Assembly: GCF_036321535.1 (NCBI RefSeq)
Contig: NC_087437.1
Span: 36,272,001 to 36,336,000, forward strand
DNA: 64,000 bases
Reading direction: 5' to 3'
Source of the DNA: Camelus dromedarius
Taxonomy: Eukaryota
Part shown: piece after piece, positions 53,349 through 64,000 of the stretch
How positions within the stretch are numbered: position 1 is the stretch's first letter
Layout of the letters: each line of letters begins with the position of its first letter
Translations under genes and position numbers: made by a program
The notes under the pieces: generated by a model
Seen by the model: only the letters and a program-made list of their open reading frames with translations
Told to the model about the DNA's origin: nothing
Database searches by the model: none

Positions 53349-55539
53349 TGTATGAACCACATCTAGGTTAAAATCATTTAGTTATTGCAGCCTTTGCCTT
53401 TCCCAGTGACAATACTTGCCTATAACCATTGACAAAACTATTCTAGGTCAGCTTTTGAAGTGAAGGTGCTCTTGACCACTAATTTTTTGAATTTCTCTCA
53501 CACTAAAAGGAGTATATGTGAAGTACAGTGCTTCTTAGATCCCACCTATGAGAGAAGGATAGTTTATCCAATCACTTGATTTTGTCTTTTTAGGTCTGTG
53601 CCATTTCTTGTGACTTATGCCCTTCTGGAGCCTCCTCACATCACCAGGATAATTACACTACACCTAATACTGACAATTCACGGGTAGCTTTTTAAACAGA
53701 GAAGATAAAATATTTTCAAAAAAGAAAGCTTATTTTTCCTTTGATCATCACTGAAGAGTTAATTATATAGAATATATTTCAAAACACTAAGTTGAATCAT
53801 ATACTCTCAATAATTTCATTGCACGGTGCATAGGGTAATACTTAATTGGTTCGAAGTAAATATTTGTTGAATGAAAGAAGAAATAGATTAAAACATTTCC
53901 TAATTCAGCATGAAGTATTTAATATCTCAAGGTCACTCATGGCTGGTTGATGATGCTTCAGCTGCTCTATACTTGTATTAAAATGTTTGCTAAACTTTCC
54001 CACCTTTGTTTGCTAGAAACTATGGAAAGGTAGATTTTAAAATTGTCTAGGGTTGAAATCCGTTTTTGCCCAAAGGCTATCAAGAAATAAAAATGGATTA
54101 CACATTTTGAAAGATTTCCAATATGTGATCCCTATACTATTTATTTTTATTGGTCTATAGAACACAAGATATCTATGCCTAAGCTCAATGTTGATGAGTT
54201 TTTCTTAGTCTATTAAATTTAAAGAATAGAGTTGATTATTATTATTAAATTATAATTATACTTTAAAATTGTTCAATCCATTATTTTATTGTATATTTTC
54301 TAAGAGAATAAGCAATTGGTGTAAATGGCAATCATTTCTAAGAAATATTTAAAATAAGAATTTTTAAATAAAATGGATAGTACTTTGAATCTGAATGTGT
54401 ATTTTTATTTAGGTAGGTGGACAATACTAGCTACCTATCAAACATAAATTCTCTTCTTTTTTCTTAGAAATCTTACCACTTGAGATAGGCATGACAATAA
54501 ATGTAAGTGAGAATTACTGGGGCTGAAAACACTTTTAAAAGGAATTGAAACAGGTAGTTTGTCTTTTGCTCTTCCTGCCCACACCACACAGCACCTTCCA
54601 AATACATTTAAAAAATTATTAAGTTCACAAAAACATTATTTGATCAGAAGAGTTTACTGTGGATACACAGTTTTAGAAAGCAACAACATATTTAAAGCTT
54701 TGAAAATGAGTAAAATGAAAACCCCAACCCACTGTAGACACTCAGTCCACAGCTACCGAGGCCTCAAAATGGAACTCAATTGTTACAGTCTTCCTCTAGC
54801 AATTGTATTGTGTTTTCTTGAAGAATTATGCTTCAACTTTCTCAACACAGCAATAGATACATTAACAAAAGGCTTAGGAGTAAGACAGATGTTCACTCAG
54901 GTATCATGAAGACACAGGGTTGAGGTTGTAATACCTATCACAAAGTAAGACTATGAAGGTGTTTCTCTAAATGGCCCTTTTATCTACATTTCTTTCTTTA
55001 ATTGCAGTTCTTACTCCACAAAAAAAAAAAAGGCACTGCTGTATTTTTCTTTGTGTCATGAAGAAAAATATAAGAATCTACCTCCTTACCTACTATTCCA
55101 CCCCACCCCACAGTATCTGGAGAGGCTGGATTGCTGGTTAAAAATAATGCTCCCTCTTTATAAGGTGAGAAGGAAGAATTAGGACTGGTTACAATTTTTT
55201 CTCCCCATTGCACCCTTTACTATGGAAACTTATTTCTCACCTGGGTCATTCAACAGTCAAATCTTTGCCTTTATTTACTCCCTGACATACTTATTCCAAC
55301 AATCAATGAATTTCTTATTAGTCATTATTGATTATTGCCATGATTTCCATACCATAAACTTGGAAACAGAGCAATGCTAGAACAATGTATTTTCACTGAC
55401 TTTTTATCTTCTGTTCTCAGCACATTGTAATAATGAGAACGACAGCTGACATGATTTCTGATCCCAGTCAAGTTGCCTTGAGCAATTCTTTTCTATACCT
55501 TAAATGGTTGTCAAGTTCAAATTCAAAAGTCCTTTCAGG

Positions 55540-55960
55540 AATGAAGCACTTATCTCCTCCTGACCTACAACTTACCTGTGTTTGTCCATTATCTGTCTTC
55601 CCATGATGAAATGAAATATATGTCTTGTGAAGCCAGTTTTTTCCACTGCCGTGTTCCCAGCAATAAAAATACTGTCTGGCACATAGTAAGAGATTAAGAG
55701 ATATTTGCTGAAAGACTGTTAAACTATTTTCTTGTCCCATCCATATTGTCTGATGTCTATCTTTGCACATCACACCACCCAGTGCAAACCATGATCATTT
55801 CACCTCTCATATTGAATGCTGTACTCTGTTTGTTAGTATGGCTTCCCCAAGAGGCTGTGATCTTCTTGAGGATAAGCACTGTGCCTTATTTTTCTTTATG
55901 CACAGCGTGGGGATATCTAGTGCATAGGGAGTTCTGAATAAATATTTCTTGAATGGAAAT
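55540..55960 (+). mobile_element. LINE-2 3' end fragments (two)
   Basis: tgtctggcacatagtaag...atatttgctgaa and tcttgaggataagcactgtgccttatt...aataaatatttcttgaatg. Confidence 0.6.
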
Positions 55961-56764
55961 ATGGAATAATATTTTTCATGATCATAGCATGCTACTCTAA
56001 AGAATTATCATAATGGAAGTTAATGTCAAGATATAAATCATGTTCCATTTTATGTTTAGACTTTGGAAACTCTAAAAATCACTTTTGTGTTGATAATTTT
56101 GTCTTAATACCTACTTCTTAAATGGTAGATAAAGGATCATAGCAGACGCCTACCACAACCAAAACCTCTTTTAACTTTTTCATATTTATTTTGAGGAAAG
56201 AAAAAAAAATATGATGCTCTTATTTACACTTTAAACAAAAATAATAGGCATGTATTTCTATGGGTATTTTGTTTCTTACAAAAACATATTTCTTGTCTAC
56301 AGGAGTGTACCTTAAGCCAGTAGATTTCAAACTGAATTCTAGATGTAGGTGTCATACATGTGTAACAAGAAAGCCCTTACACCTTTACACTGAATGACAT
56401 GTAAAAACAATGTATGAAATCTTTCAATTACAATCAGACAGAATTAGTATATACATATATTTCCTCCAAATCTGAGTAGTTAGAGGCAAGTTCTTTATTT
56501 AGTTCCCTGTATCACAAATTTATGTATTCTTAGCTTGCCTTATCATCAAAGTGAAGGAAGTTTAACACGGTGCTTGAATATTTTTAGCCTCAAGTGATTT
56601 GCTTTATAGTATCTTTTTTAATAGAAGCATATTTGGTTCAAAGTAATACTTACATTTTTTGTTTCATATTATCCTTAATGAAAGAGGAGATATATTTTGG
56701 TTTTATATTTTCTAAAGAAAAGCAGAGACTTCTACTCAGAAATTCTATTAAAATATACTATTGA

Positions 56765-57100
56765 TTTTTTTGTGTGGTGAAAACTTTTAAAATTTACTCT
56801 CTTAGCAACTTTTAAACATGCACTACAATATTGTTACCTATAGGCATAATGTTGTACATTGCATCTCAAAACTTTATCCATTTATAAATAAAAGTTTGCA
56901 CTCCTTGATCAAAAAAGAGAAAAAAAAACCTGTTAACTATGTGAGGTGATGGATGTGTTAACTAACCTAATTGTGGTAATCATTTTGCATGTAAAATAAC
57001 AACTTTGCATATATGTATATAAAATCACTAACTTGTAAATCTTAAACTTACCCAATATTATATATCACTTAAATCTCAGTGAAGCAAGAAGAAAAAGAAA
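56765..57100 (+). mobile_element. Short L1MA-type 3' end with 5' inversion (56765-56910 minus, 56911-57100 plus)
   Basis: Minus part ends ...ttgctaagagagtaaatttt...tcaccacacaaaaaaa, which in L1MA 3'UTR directly precedes the plus part taactatgtgaggtgatggatgtgttaa. Confidence 0.8.
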
Positions 57101-57903
57101 ATACATATACATTTGGAATTTAAATAAGAAGTTCAATGTTTACTTTTTTACGTGTGACATTTGTCTCCTTGGTCTTCCTCAAATATTAGCAACACATTCT
57201 TTCCTTGTATCTTTTACCCCTTCTCTTTTTTTTTGCCTATAATATTCTTCCTTCAGATGTCTGCATAATTTGCTTTTATTCTTCCTTTGAGTCTCTACTT
57301 GAATACCATCATATTAGTGGGACTTCCCTACTGATCACCTGTGAAGTCTTCATCTTTTGTCTGATATTTATTACCAATGCCATAATTTCCATCTCTTTGG
57401 TTATTGCTTTTTTTTTCCTCTCCAGTAGAGTATAACTTCTACAAGCTTGCCTCCTTTACTACTGCCTTCCCACTGCCCAAAGGAATGTTTAGCTTAATAA
57501 CTATTGGTAAGTAAACAAATAAATAAAATCTCTCTCTTCCTCACTATTTAGGTTAACCTGCTTAATCTCCAGTGAGAACATTATGAAACAAAGAAACAAA
57601 AGAGAGAAAAATGGAGCAAGAGAAATGGTACTTAGCAGATGCCTTCTTTTCCTCTCATTATGGATTCTAAAATAGAAGAGAGGAGCAGACTGTGGTAATA
57701 GGTATTAAAAATGACATTTTAATGGTTAATAACATGGACTCTATAAACCCACAACTGACTACAAGTCTTTGTTGGACTCCTTATTAGAGGGCAGGAGGAA
57801 ATATAAGTAAGTTTTCAAAATTTCTTAGTGTTTGTTTACTGATCTGTAGAATGAGAATGGCTTAGCAGACTTAGCAGGTTAATGATGGATCTTCAGTACC
57901 CAC

Positions 57904-58298
57904 TGTTGGAGGAGGTCATTGAAAGGACATGACCTTTGGTTGACCTGAGACCTGCACCCAGGCAATGAGAGGCTCCTCACTCCTTTCCCTGTCTTTGGAA
58001 TGTACATTCTGCTTGCCTTCCTCATGACAGAAGCTGCCTCAAGGACAAATCCTTGAGAGAATAATGTGATATTGAGACCATCTGGATGGTATACATGCCT
58101 GAAACCAAGGGCTCTATATAAAATTTAAAGATTTGGCAGGTTGGTGTGAAGAACTATTCACCTTGCAGCCTTCCAAGACAAGTCTCATAAGTAAGTTCCC
58201 TTGTTACTAAATCTGCCGCCTACCAATCTGGAGTCATCTACCTCTTTCGTCAGCCTTTCCTTGTCCTCTATGTGAGGAGGCTAGTTTACAAACCAACA
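57904..58298 (+). mobile_element. ERV 5' LTR
   Basis: tgttgg...ccaaca inverted termini, TATA box tatataaa at 58115-58122, followed 2 nt later by a PBS. Confidence 0.82.
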
Positions 58299-58300
58299 AT

Positions 58301-58318
58301 TGATGAACCAGCCAGGAG
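58301..58318 (+). other. Retroviral primer-binding site for tRNA-Arg(ACG)
   Basis: tgatgaaccagccaggag is 15/18 identical to tggcgagccagccaggag, the complement of the tRNA-Arg(ACG) 3' end. Confidence 0.8.
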
Positions 58319-60110
58319 ACCAAAGGAATAGGCCTTGGGAAAGAGGTATCCTTGGCAAAAATCCCAAGTTGGCCATAGACCTTTATGTGGGGAGAGGTGG
58401 CTTGTACGTCATATGATTGTGGACTGTTGTGTGAGTGTGGGGATGCCCCCCAAATGCTGGCTGCTCTAATGCACTTATTTGAAGAACTCAATGTAGGTCA
58501 TGTGGTAGAAAAGAGAAATGCATGGTGTCCATTAGTGGGCTGGCCTCTACTGTGTGCAGCTTGGCTGGACATAGTGCTTAACTAGAGGCTGAAACTCAAG
58601 TTAGAAAGTTGACATTATAGAAGGACATGTTGTCTTCTACTCTGCTAGATTTGGGACTGGAAGAAAAGGTGGGAGAGCAGAATAATAAGTTGGCGACCTT
58701 AGAGTGCTGTTTTGCAAAACAAGGAGGGCACCAGTTGCCTTAAATTAGGGTTCAAGTGCTTATGACAAAGCCTGATTAAGATTCTAAGGGATGGCATCCC
58801 TGGAAAGTGATGAAAATGAAGAGGAGTATGTTGTGGTGATTGACTAGGAAGTGGACAGTGTGCCCATACCTACCAACCCCTAATAAAAAGAAGAAATTAA
58901 ATGACAAAGACCCTAGATCTCTGAAAAAGCTCCTAGGAGAAAATTTGCATTATTTCCCTGTCCCTTGAAGTCGTAAATCTTATCATGTCTTTGAAATGTA
59001 AATACCCCAGGAGATAAACAAAACAGTGCACTTGGAGATTGGAAAAAAAAAAAAAAAAAAAAGGAGAAAGAAGCTTTTTAAAAATACAGACTGACATAGA
59101 AGCTCTTTTGCCCAAAATTTAGTTTGCAGCCTCCCTAAGATTATTCCTCAAAGGCAGATACAAATTATAAAAGTCTTCTCCATAAAATATTGGTAAAAAG
59201 CTTTAGCCATTTGAGTGGGTAAACTTAACTTGTTCCATCTGCCAGAAACAATTTGTGTTCAACTGTTATTTATAAATTAATGAGTTTTGTATTGCTGTCC
59301 TGACTTAAAGCCAAAGTTTTGGAATAAAAGCTATGGAGTTTCCATTATGTCTGCATGTTTATGTATGTCTATGCATATATGTATATGTAATGTTTTTCTA
59401 CCTCTGAAAAATAATGTCAAAATTAATTTGTAAAAGAGCTCTATGTAATTGGACTAAAGAAAGATAAAGTTTAATATCAAAGTGTACTTATATAAAATCA
59501 AATTTTAATTTTCTTTTAATCTGCTGAAAGAACAAAATTTTCATGGAGTAACAGTCTGTCTTTGATGGAATTAAAAGGTTTATCTTTTCCTTTTAAGTAA
59601 TCTGCCTAGAAAACAAAGATTCTGTGTTTTATCAAAATAATTTTCTGTGCTTAATGTTTCCTTCATCAGTTATTTGATTACGAAGAAAACAGTCTTCTCT
59701 ATTAAAAAAGAGCTAGGATTTTTATGACTATGTAGCTTTCTGTATTAGCCTTTGAAGTCTTTGTCACTTTTGTTAAATAAATAACTAAGTATTCTTGCAC
59801 AGTGACCTATAATCCTATTTAATTGTTTTAAATGTTTTTGATATTTTCGACAAACTTCCAAAAAATCAAGTTCTAAATAAAGTCTTATTGATCTTGAAAG
59901 TATTTTGAGAATTCCAGAGAACCCCTGAAGCATCTCAGAACATATGTTCTCTCTCCTTATGAAAGGGAGATGTTTGAACTAAGTAGGCTGATTTCGGCAT
60001 GTTAAATTTCATGGGTAGCACTGTCAAATAAGTGATGCTAAATTTTCATAAGGATATACTTATATGTAATTTCCAAAAATCAGAAATGTGCTGATATGAT
60101 GTTATCAATC
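58319..60110 (+). mobile_element. ERV internal region: gag-like remnant, then AT-rich MER4-group-like internal sequence
   Basis: MWGEVA...VGWPLLCAA resembles class III ERV gag N-terminus; 58950-60110 has MER4-group-like text (aaagagctctatgtaattggactaaagaaa). Confidence 0.55.
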
Positions 60111-60194
60111 GTTAACTTTAGTTATGAATTATAGAACATATATTGGCATTTGTTTCTATGAATATGCATTGTGGTCATTGAGTGATTACATAGT

Positions 60195-60325
60195 GTCCAT
60201 GTGAAATCATACAGTATTTGATTTTCTCTGACTTATTTTACTTAGCATAATGCCCTCAAGATGCATCCATGTTGTCACAAATGTCAGGATTTCCTTCTTT
60301 ACAATGGCTAAATAATATTCTGTTT
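60195..60325 (-). mobile_element. LINE-1 3' fragment
   Basis: tgacttattttacttagcataatgccctcaagatgcatccatgttgtcacaaatg. Confidence 0.75.
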
Positions 60326-60679
60326 CTCACACCTGCGAGGTTTTTTTCCAGGTTATCATTTAATTAAATAAAAATGGAAAAGAAGGTGCCTACTCACTCC
60401 TTCTTATGGCCCATGATGAAATCTGCCCCCCTTCCCTAAGAAAGAGCAGGGAGTTCATAACACTGAGATAATGGGTGAAGTTAAGGCAGAAAGCCTAGGT
60501 CTCCTCCTTCTAAGTCTTTTTATAAAAAGAAATCTCTGCCACAAATTCAGAGAAGGGAAACTCTACCTGGCTCTTCTCCTAAGTGAGATGCCTTGTCTTC
60601 CCAGCAAAATATTGGAAAATAGGTGTTCCCCTCCACTGGTCCAGGTATGCGAAAGGAGAATAAATTTCAGTCTGTAGAT

Positions 60680-60858
60680 CTAAAAAGACAAACAACAATA
60701 ATAATAATGAGTTGGTGAAGTCATGGAGAAATTGGGACCTTTGTACACTGTTGGTGGAGATGGAAATGGTGCAGCAGCTGTGGAAAACAGTATGGAGATT
60801 GCACAAAAAATTGAAAATAGAGCTATCATATAGTCCAGCAATCCCACTTCTGGGAGTG
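60680..60858 (+). mobile_element. LINE-1 ORF2 C-terminal fragment
   Basis: VQQLWKTVWRLHKKLKIELSYSPAIPLLG. Confidence 0.85.
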
Positions 60859-61365
60859 ACCCACTGGGATCTACAGTTGGATGCTGCTGCAAGCAGGAAC
60901 ATAGTCCTCCAAGGTCTGAGCATTGGTTGCTGTAAGCCTCACCCCCTTCTCCATCTCTACCTGATCCAGTTGTTTAGCCCCACAGATTTCATCATTGATA
61001 TCTGTGAAGAGGCAAGAACCCAGTGGGCCTCCTGGGTAGTATTCCACAATGCTGGGGGACCTGGATGTCCCCCTTGGGATTCCTTTTCCCAATGGAGAAA
61101 GGATAGGCCCTGGGGGTCCTCTTGGTGCAGTGCTGTGCTGGTCTGAGGGAGCACTATAATGGTCTAAGTATAGCTACTCAGATCTTCTTGCCTTCAGAAT
61201 GTGGTCCTTCTCAGTCTCTGTGGTCCAGGGGGGAGGTTCAGCCTCACCCTAGGGTTCTGGGATTTTCAAAATGGAGTCTTGCCCAAAGATAGTTGTTGAT
61301 CTGCTTGCAAGAGAAACTGAAGTGGGAAACTATCTATGTTTTCATCTTGATTACATCTACTCCTT
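60859..61365 (-). mobile_element. Probable old LINE-1 5'UTR fragment
   Basis: GC-richer block resembling antisense L1M 5' region (cagcctcacccctagggttctgggattttc...gatagttg). Confidence 0.45.
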
Positions 61366-64000
61366 CACCTCCAGTTTTTTTGAGAATAAGAGAAAAAAAT
61401 GAAATCCTACTTAGTTTAATACACAATTACAATAACTTTTACTGTTATCTCTAAATATAGTTTTAACTAATACTTAAATGACTCAATAAATCAGTAAAAT
61501 GATAATGAATCTAAAAAGAATTAAGCAATATGAGTAAACATGGGAAACAAAATAAATACATAGTGAAGATCAAAATAATTGAAGCTGGTTCTAGAAAATG
61601 ACTCAATGTAAAACAAATCTCTGGCAAAATGTTTTGAGAAAAAAATAGAAAACAGAAGTAAACAATATTGAAAGTGAAACAGGAGTCACTGGGAAAATAT
61701 TAGGTAAGGATTGTAAAATACAAATAAACTGTTCTATTACCCCCAAAAATCAGTCATCATTGCGCATTAGTAAAAGTTCAGACTCTCTGAGTCTCCACCG
61801 ACATCACCCGAATGGGGAGGTGCCTCATTAATGCCAGAGAAGGTGACGTTCAGACCTTCCACTCAGCCTCTGCTGTGTTTTTTCTCCCTTAATGGGAGAA
61901 AACTGCTGTGTACAGTATCTTCAGGTGTTTTATCAAGATGTTCCCTCCTCAGATGCTTAAGGACCAGGTCTGCTTTTGTTCTAAGTCTCTTTTCAAATGT
62001 TCAGTGAGAAGTTGGGAATCTGACAATAGGGCCATTTACCAATCCAGTTTTGGCTCACAAATTAAATCTAGTTAATTGCTTAAGGCTGGTCATAAGAAGC
62101 AAAAAGAAAGCCAACGTCTCATCTGTTGCAGAATCCACTTCTGAATGCTGTCCAGTTATGTTAACTAATTCTGTGAGTTTCCAATGGATTTATCCTTTCC
62201 TATTTGCAGGACTGAATTAGAGCCCAGTCTATTTTTACAAGAAAGACTCTGGGTAAATCCTCCATGAGATGTTGTCCAACATCCAGATTTTTCTAAATCT
62301 GCTTTGTGTTCTATCCAATTTGTAGTCTTATAAATTACCCTCAGAATCTCCCCACTCTGTCTTTGTACACTTTTTAAAAAATCTGAGATCACTTTTAGGA
62401 TATGAACCAATTGTTATAGATCTGTAAGTTTTGAATTATATAATCTCAGAATTTTGAAAATTCTTAGATAATAGTTCTCAGCAGATAATGATACTGGGAC
62501 TTAAAGTCAACCACGAGGATCTTACCTGTTTCAAAGTGAGATTAATTTTAAGAAGCAATTAAGCTGTGAGTGTTTCTGCTTTGAGAAAATGAAAGAAAGT
62601 GGGTCACAAAGAAGGATATGGAGAGATTTTAATGAGAGTGTACAGTACAAGGGAAGATGGCCACTAAAATAAAGATCATTGTGTTCAAGTTGTGATTTGG
62701 GTGACATAGGGGAATATAAAGCTTTGTAGGTTTATAATTTTTCTTGGCCAAGGACTAATTCCAATTCTGGAATCTGAATTTCTTTAGGAACTTTCACATA
62801 CTAATGCAAAATACAAACCTTTGGATATTTGGAATTTTATACCCTTCCATTTTTATACATACTTCCCAAGTGAATATTTTGTACATATTGAAAGTTTCCC
62901 AAAAAGCCATTGAATTCTCAATTATCCTTGGTGAAACTGTGCCATTTTTAAAGATACGCACATGAATTAGAGCCATAGATTGAATATGCATAAGAAGCAG
63001 TAATCTGACATGGAATGAACACAGTTTACAGTGAGACAGACCTATAAGGGTCTGGAAATTATTCACTGACGAATGTTGCTTGTGCATCTTATTTCTCAGG
63101 CCTCTAACTTAATGGCTGGCTCCCTCTTTTTCAGACTTGATAATTTTCAATTCCTGCCAGACAAAATTTTTAGAGAGGAAATTGCTTCCAGACCAGATTC
63201 TTAGGGACAAAACAGGAGGAGACTGGGGAAAATTTCTCACAAGGCTTTGATAGTTGAACAAAGGAAAATTTGTCTGTAAAGAACAATGCTCTCTTGAAAC
63301 CTAAATTCACCATATTGGTCCTACATCCATCCTCTTCTTTACAATCTTTCTCTTAATGAGTCACAGCAAAATGTGTCAAGAACACACAGTCATGTTGTTA
63401 CCAAAGAGGCTGATTTTTCCAAGAACAAGTTTTTATATCTGATCAGATCATCAAGGATCCCTAAAAGTGCTGTTCATTCCTAGGAAAACATTTGGGAGCT
63501 TGACAAAAAAAGATTTAAGAGGTTTCAAGGTGAGAAACTGATTAGAACCAGGCCAAGTCAGTGACATAATAGTGTAGGACTGAAGGACACTAGGAAGTGA
63601 AGGTTATGAAGTAAATCTTGATAAGTAAATTATTTCATAAGCGAGTTGTTTTCTTAGCTTAGCTTTCTATTCTTTTGATTAGAAGAGAGCTTGTCCAGAT
63701 ACACAAATTTGTTTGCTGACAATAAAGTTATTTATTGTTTTTAAACCTTAACTTTCTGGGCAAGAATATCCTGAAATAAATAGTTCTCATCTTGACATAG
63801 ATGATCTAGGTTCTTAACCCTAATAATCAAGATGTGGATGCTAGTGATCTTAATTGTTAACACTAAATAAAATACATGAAAATAAATACTGACATTTTCT
63901 TACATTAAATCATCTTCTATAAAATGAAAAAAAAAATTGAAAAAGAACCCTGGCCTGTGAAAAGGTATTCGTAACAAATAAAACAAATAAATAATTACTA

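Noticed and set aside
62210..62252. Possible 43-nt exon (ttcctatttgcag ... gg/gtaaat)
   Set aside because: Splice-like signals only; no recognisable peptide or partner exons; such matches are common by chance
1..64000. CRISPR arrays, operons or other prokaryote-type systems
   Set aside because: No repeat-spacer arrays or dense coding; the sequence is mammalian repeat-rich DNA

Overview
AT-rich, repeat-dense mammalian DNA, very probably camelid (it carries tRNA-Ala-derived Vic-1-type SINEs). I found no intact host protein-coding gene. Main contents: (1) a young 5'-truncated LINE-1 (3412-6410) with an open 2.7-kb ORF2 remainder and a perfect 13-bp TSD; (2) an older LINE-1 (8.5-12.9 kb) interrupted by a full-length U6 snRNA/LINE-1 chimeric retrocopy and a Tigger2-type MITE; (3) an intronless, decayed PADI4 processed pseudogene (~19495-20545) that has kept a CpG-island-like composition and carries a 40-bp duplication of its catalytic-Cys segment; (4) a tandem pair of Vic-1-like SINEs inside one TSD; (5) an ERV 5' LTR with a tRNA-Arg PBS and an apparently mosaic internal region; (6) a twin-primed inverted L1; and many old L2, MIR, MaLR/ERVL and hAT relics. 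No new multi-gene system is evident; the best leads are the CpG-retaining PADI4 retrocopy and the U6-L1 chimera. Family names come from recalled consensus sequences, not a database search, and boundaries of old repeats are approximate.
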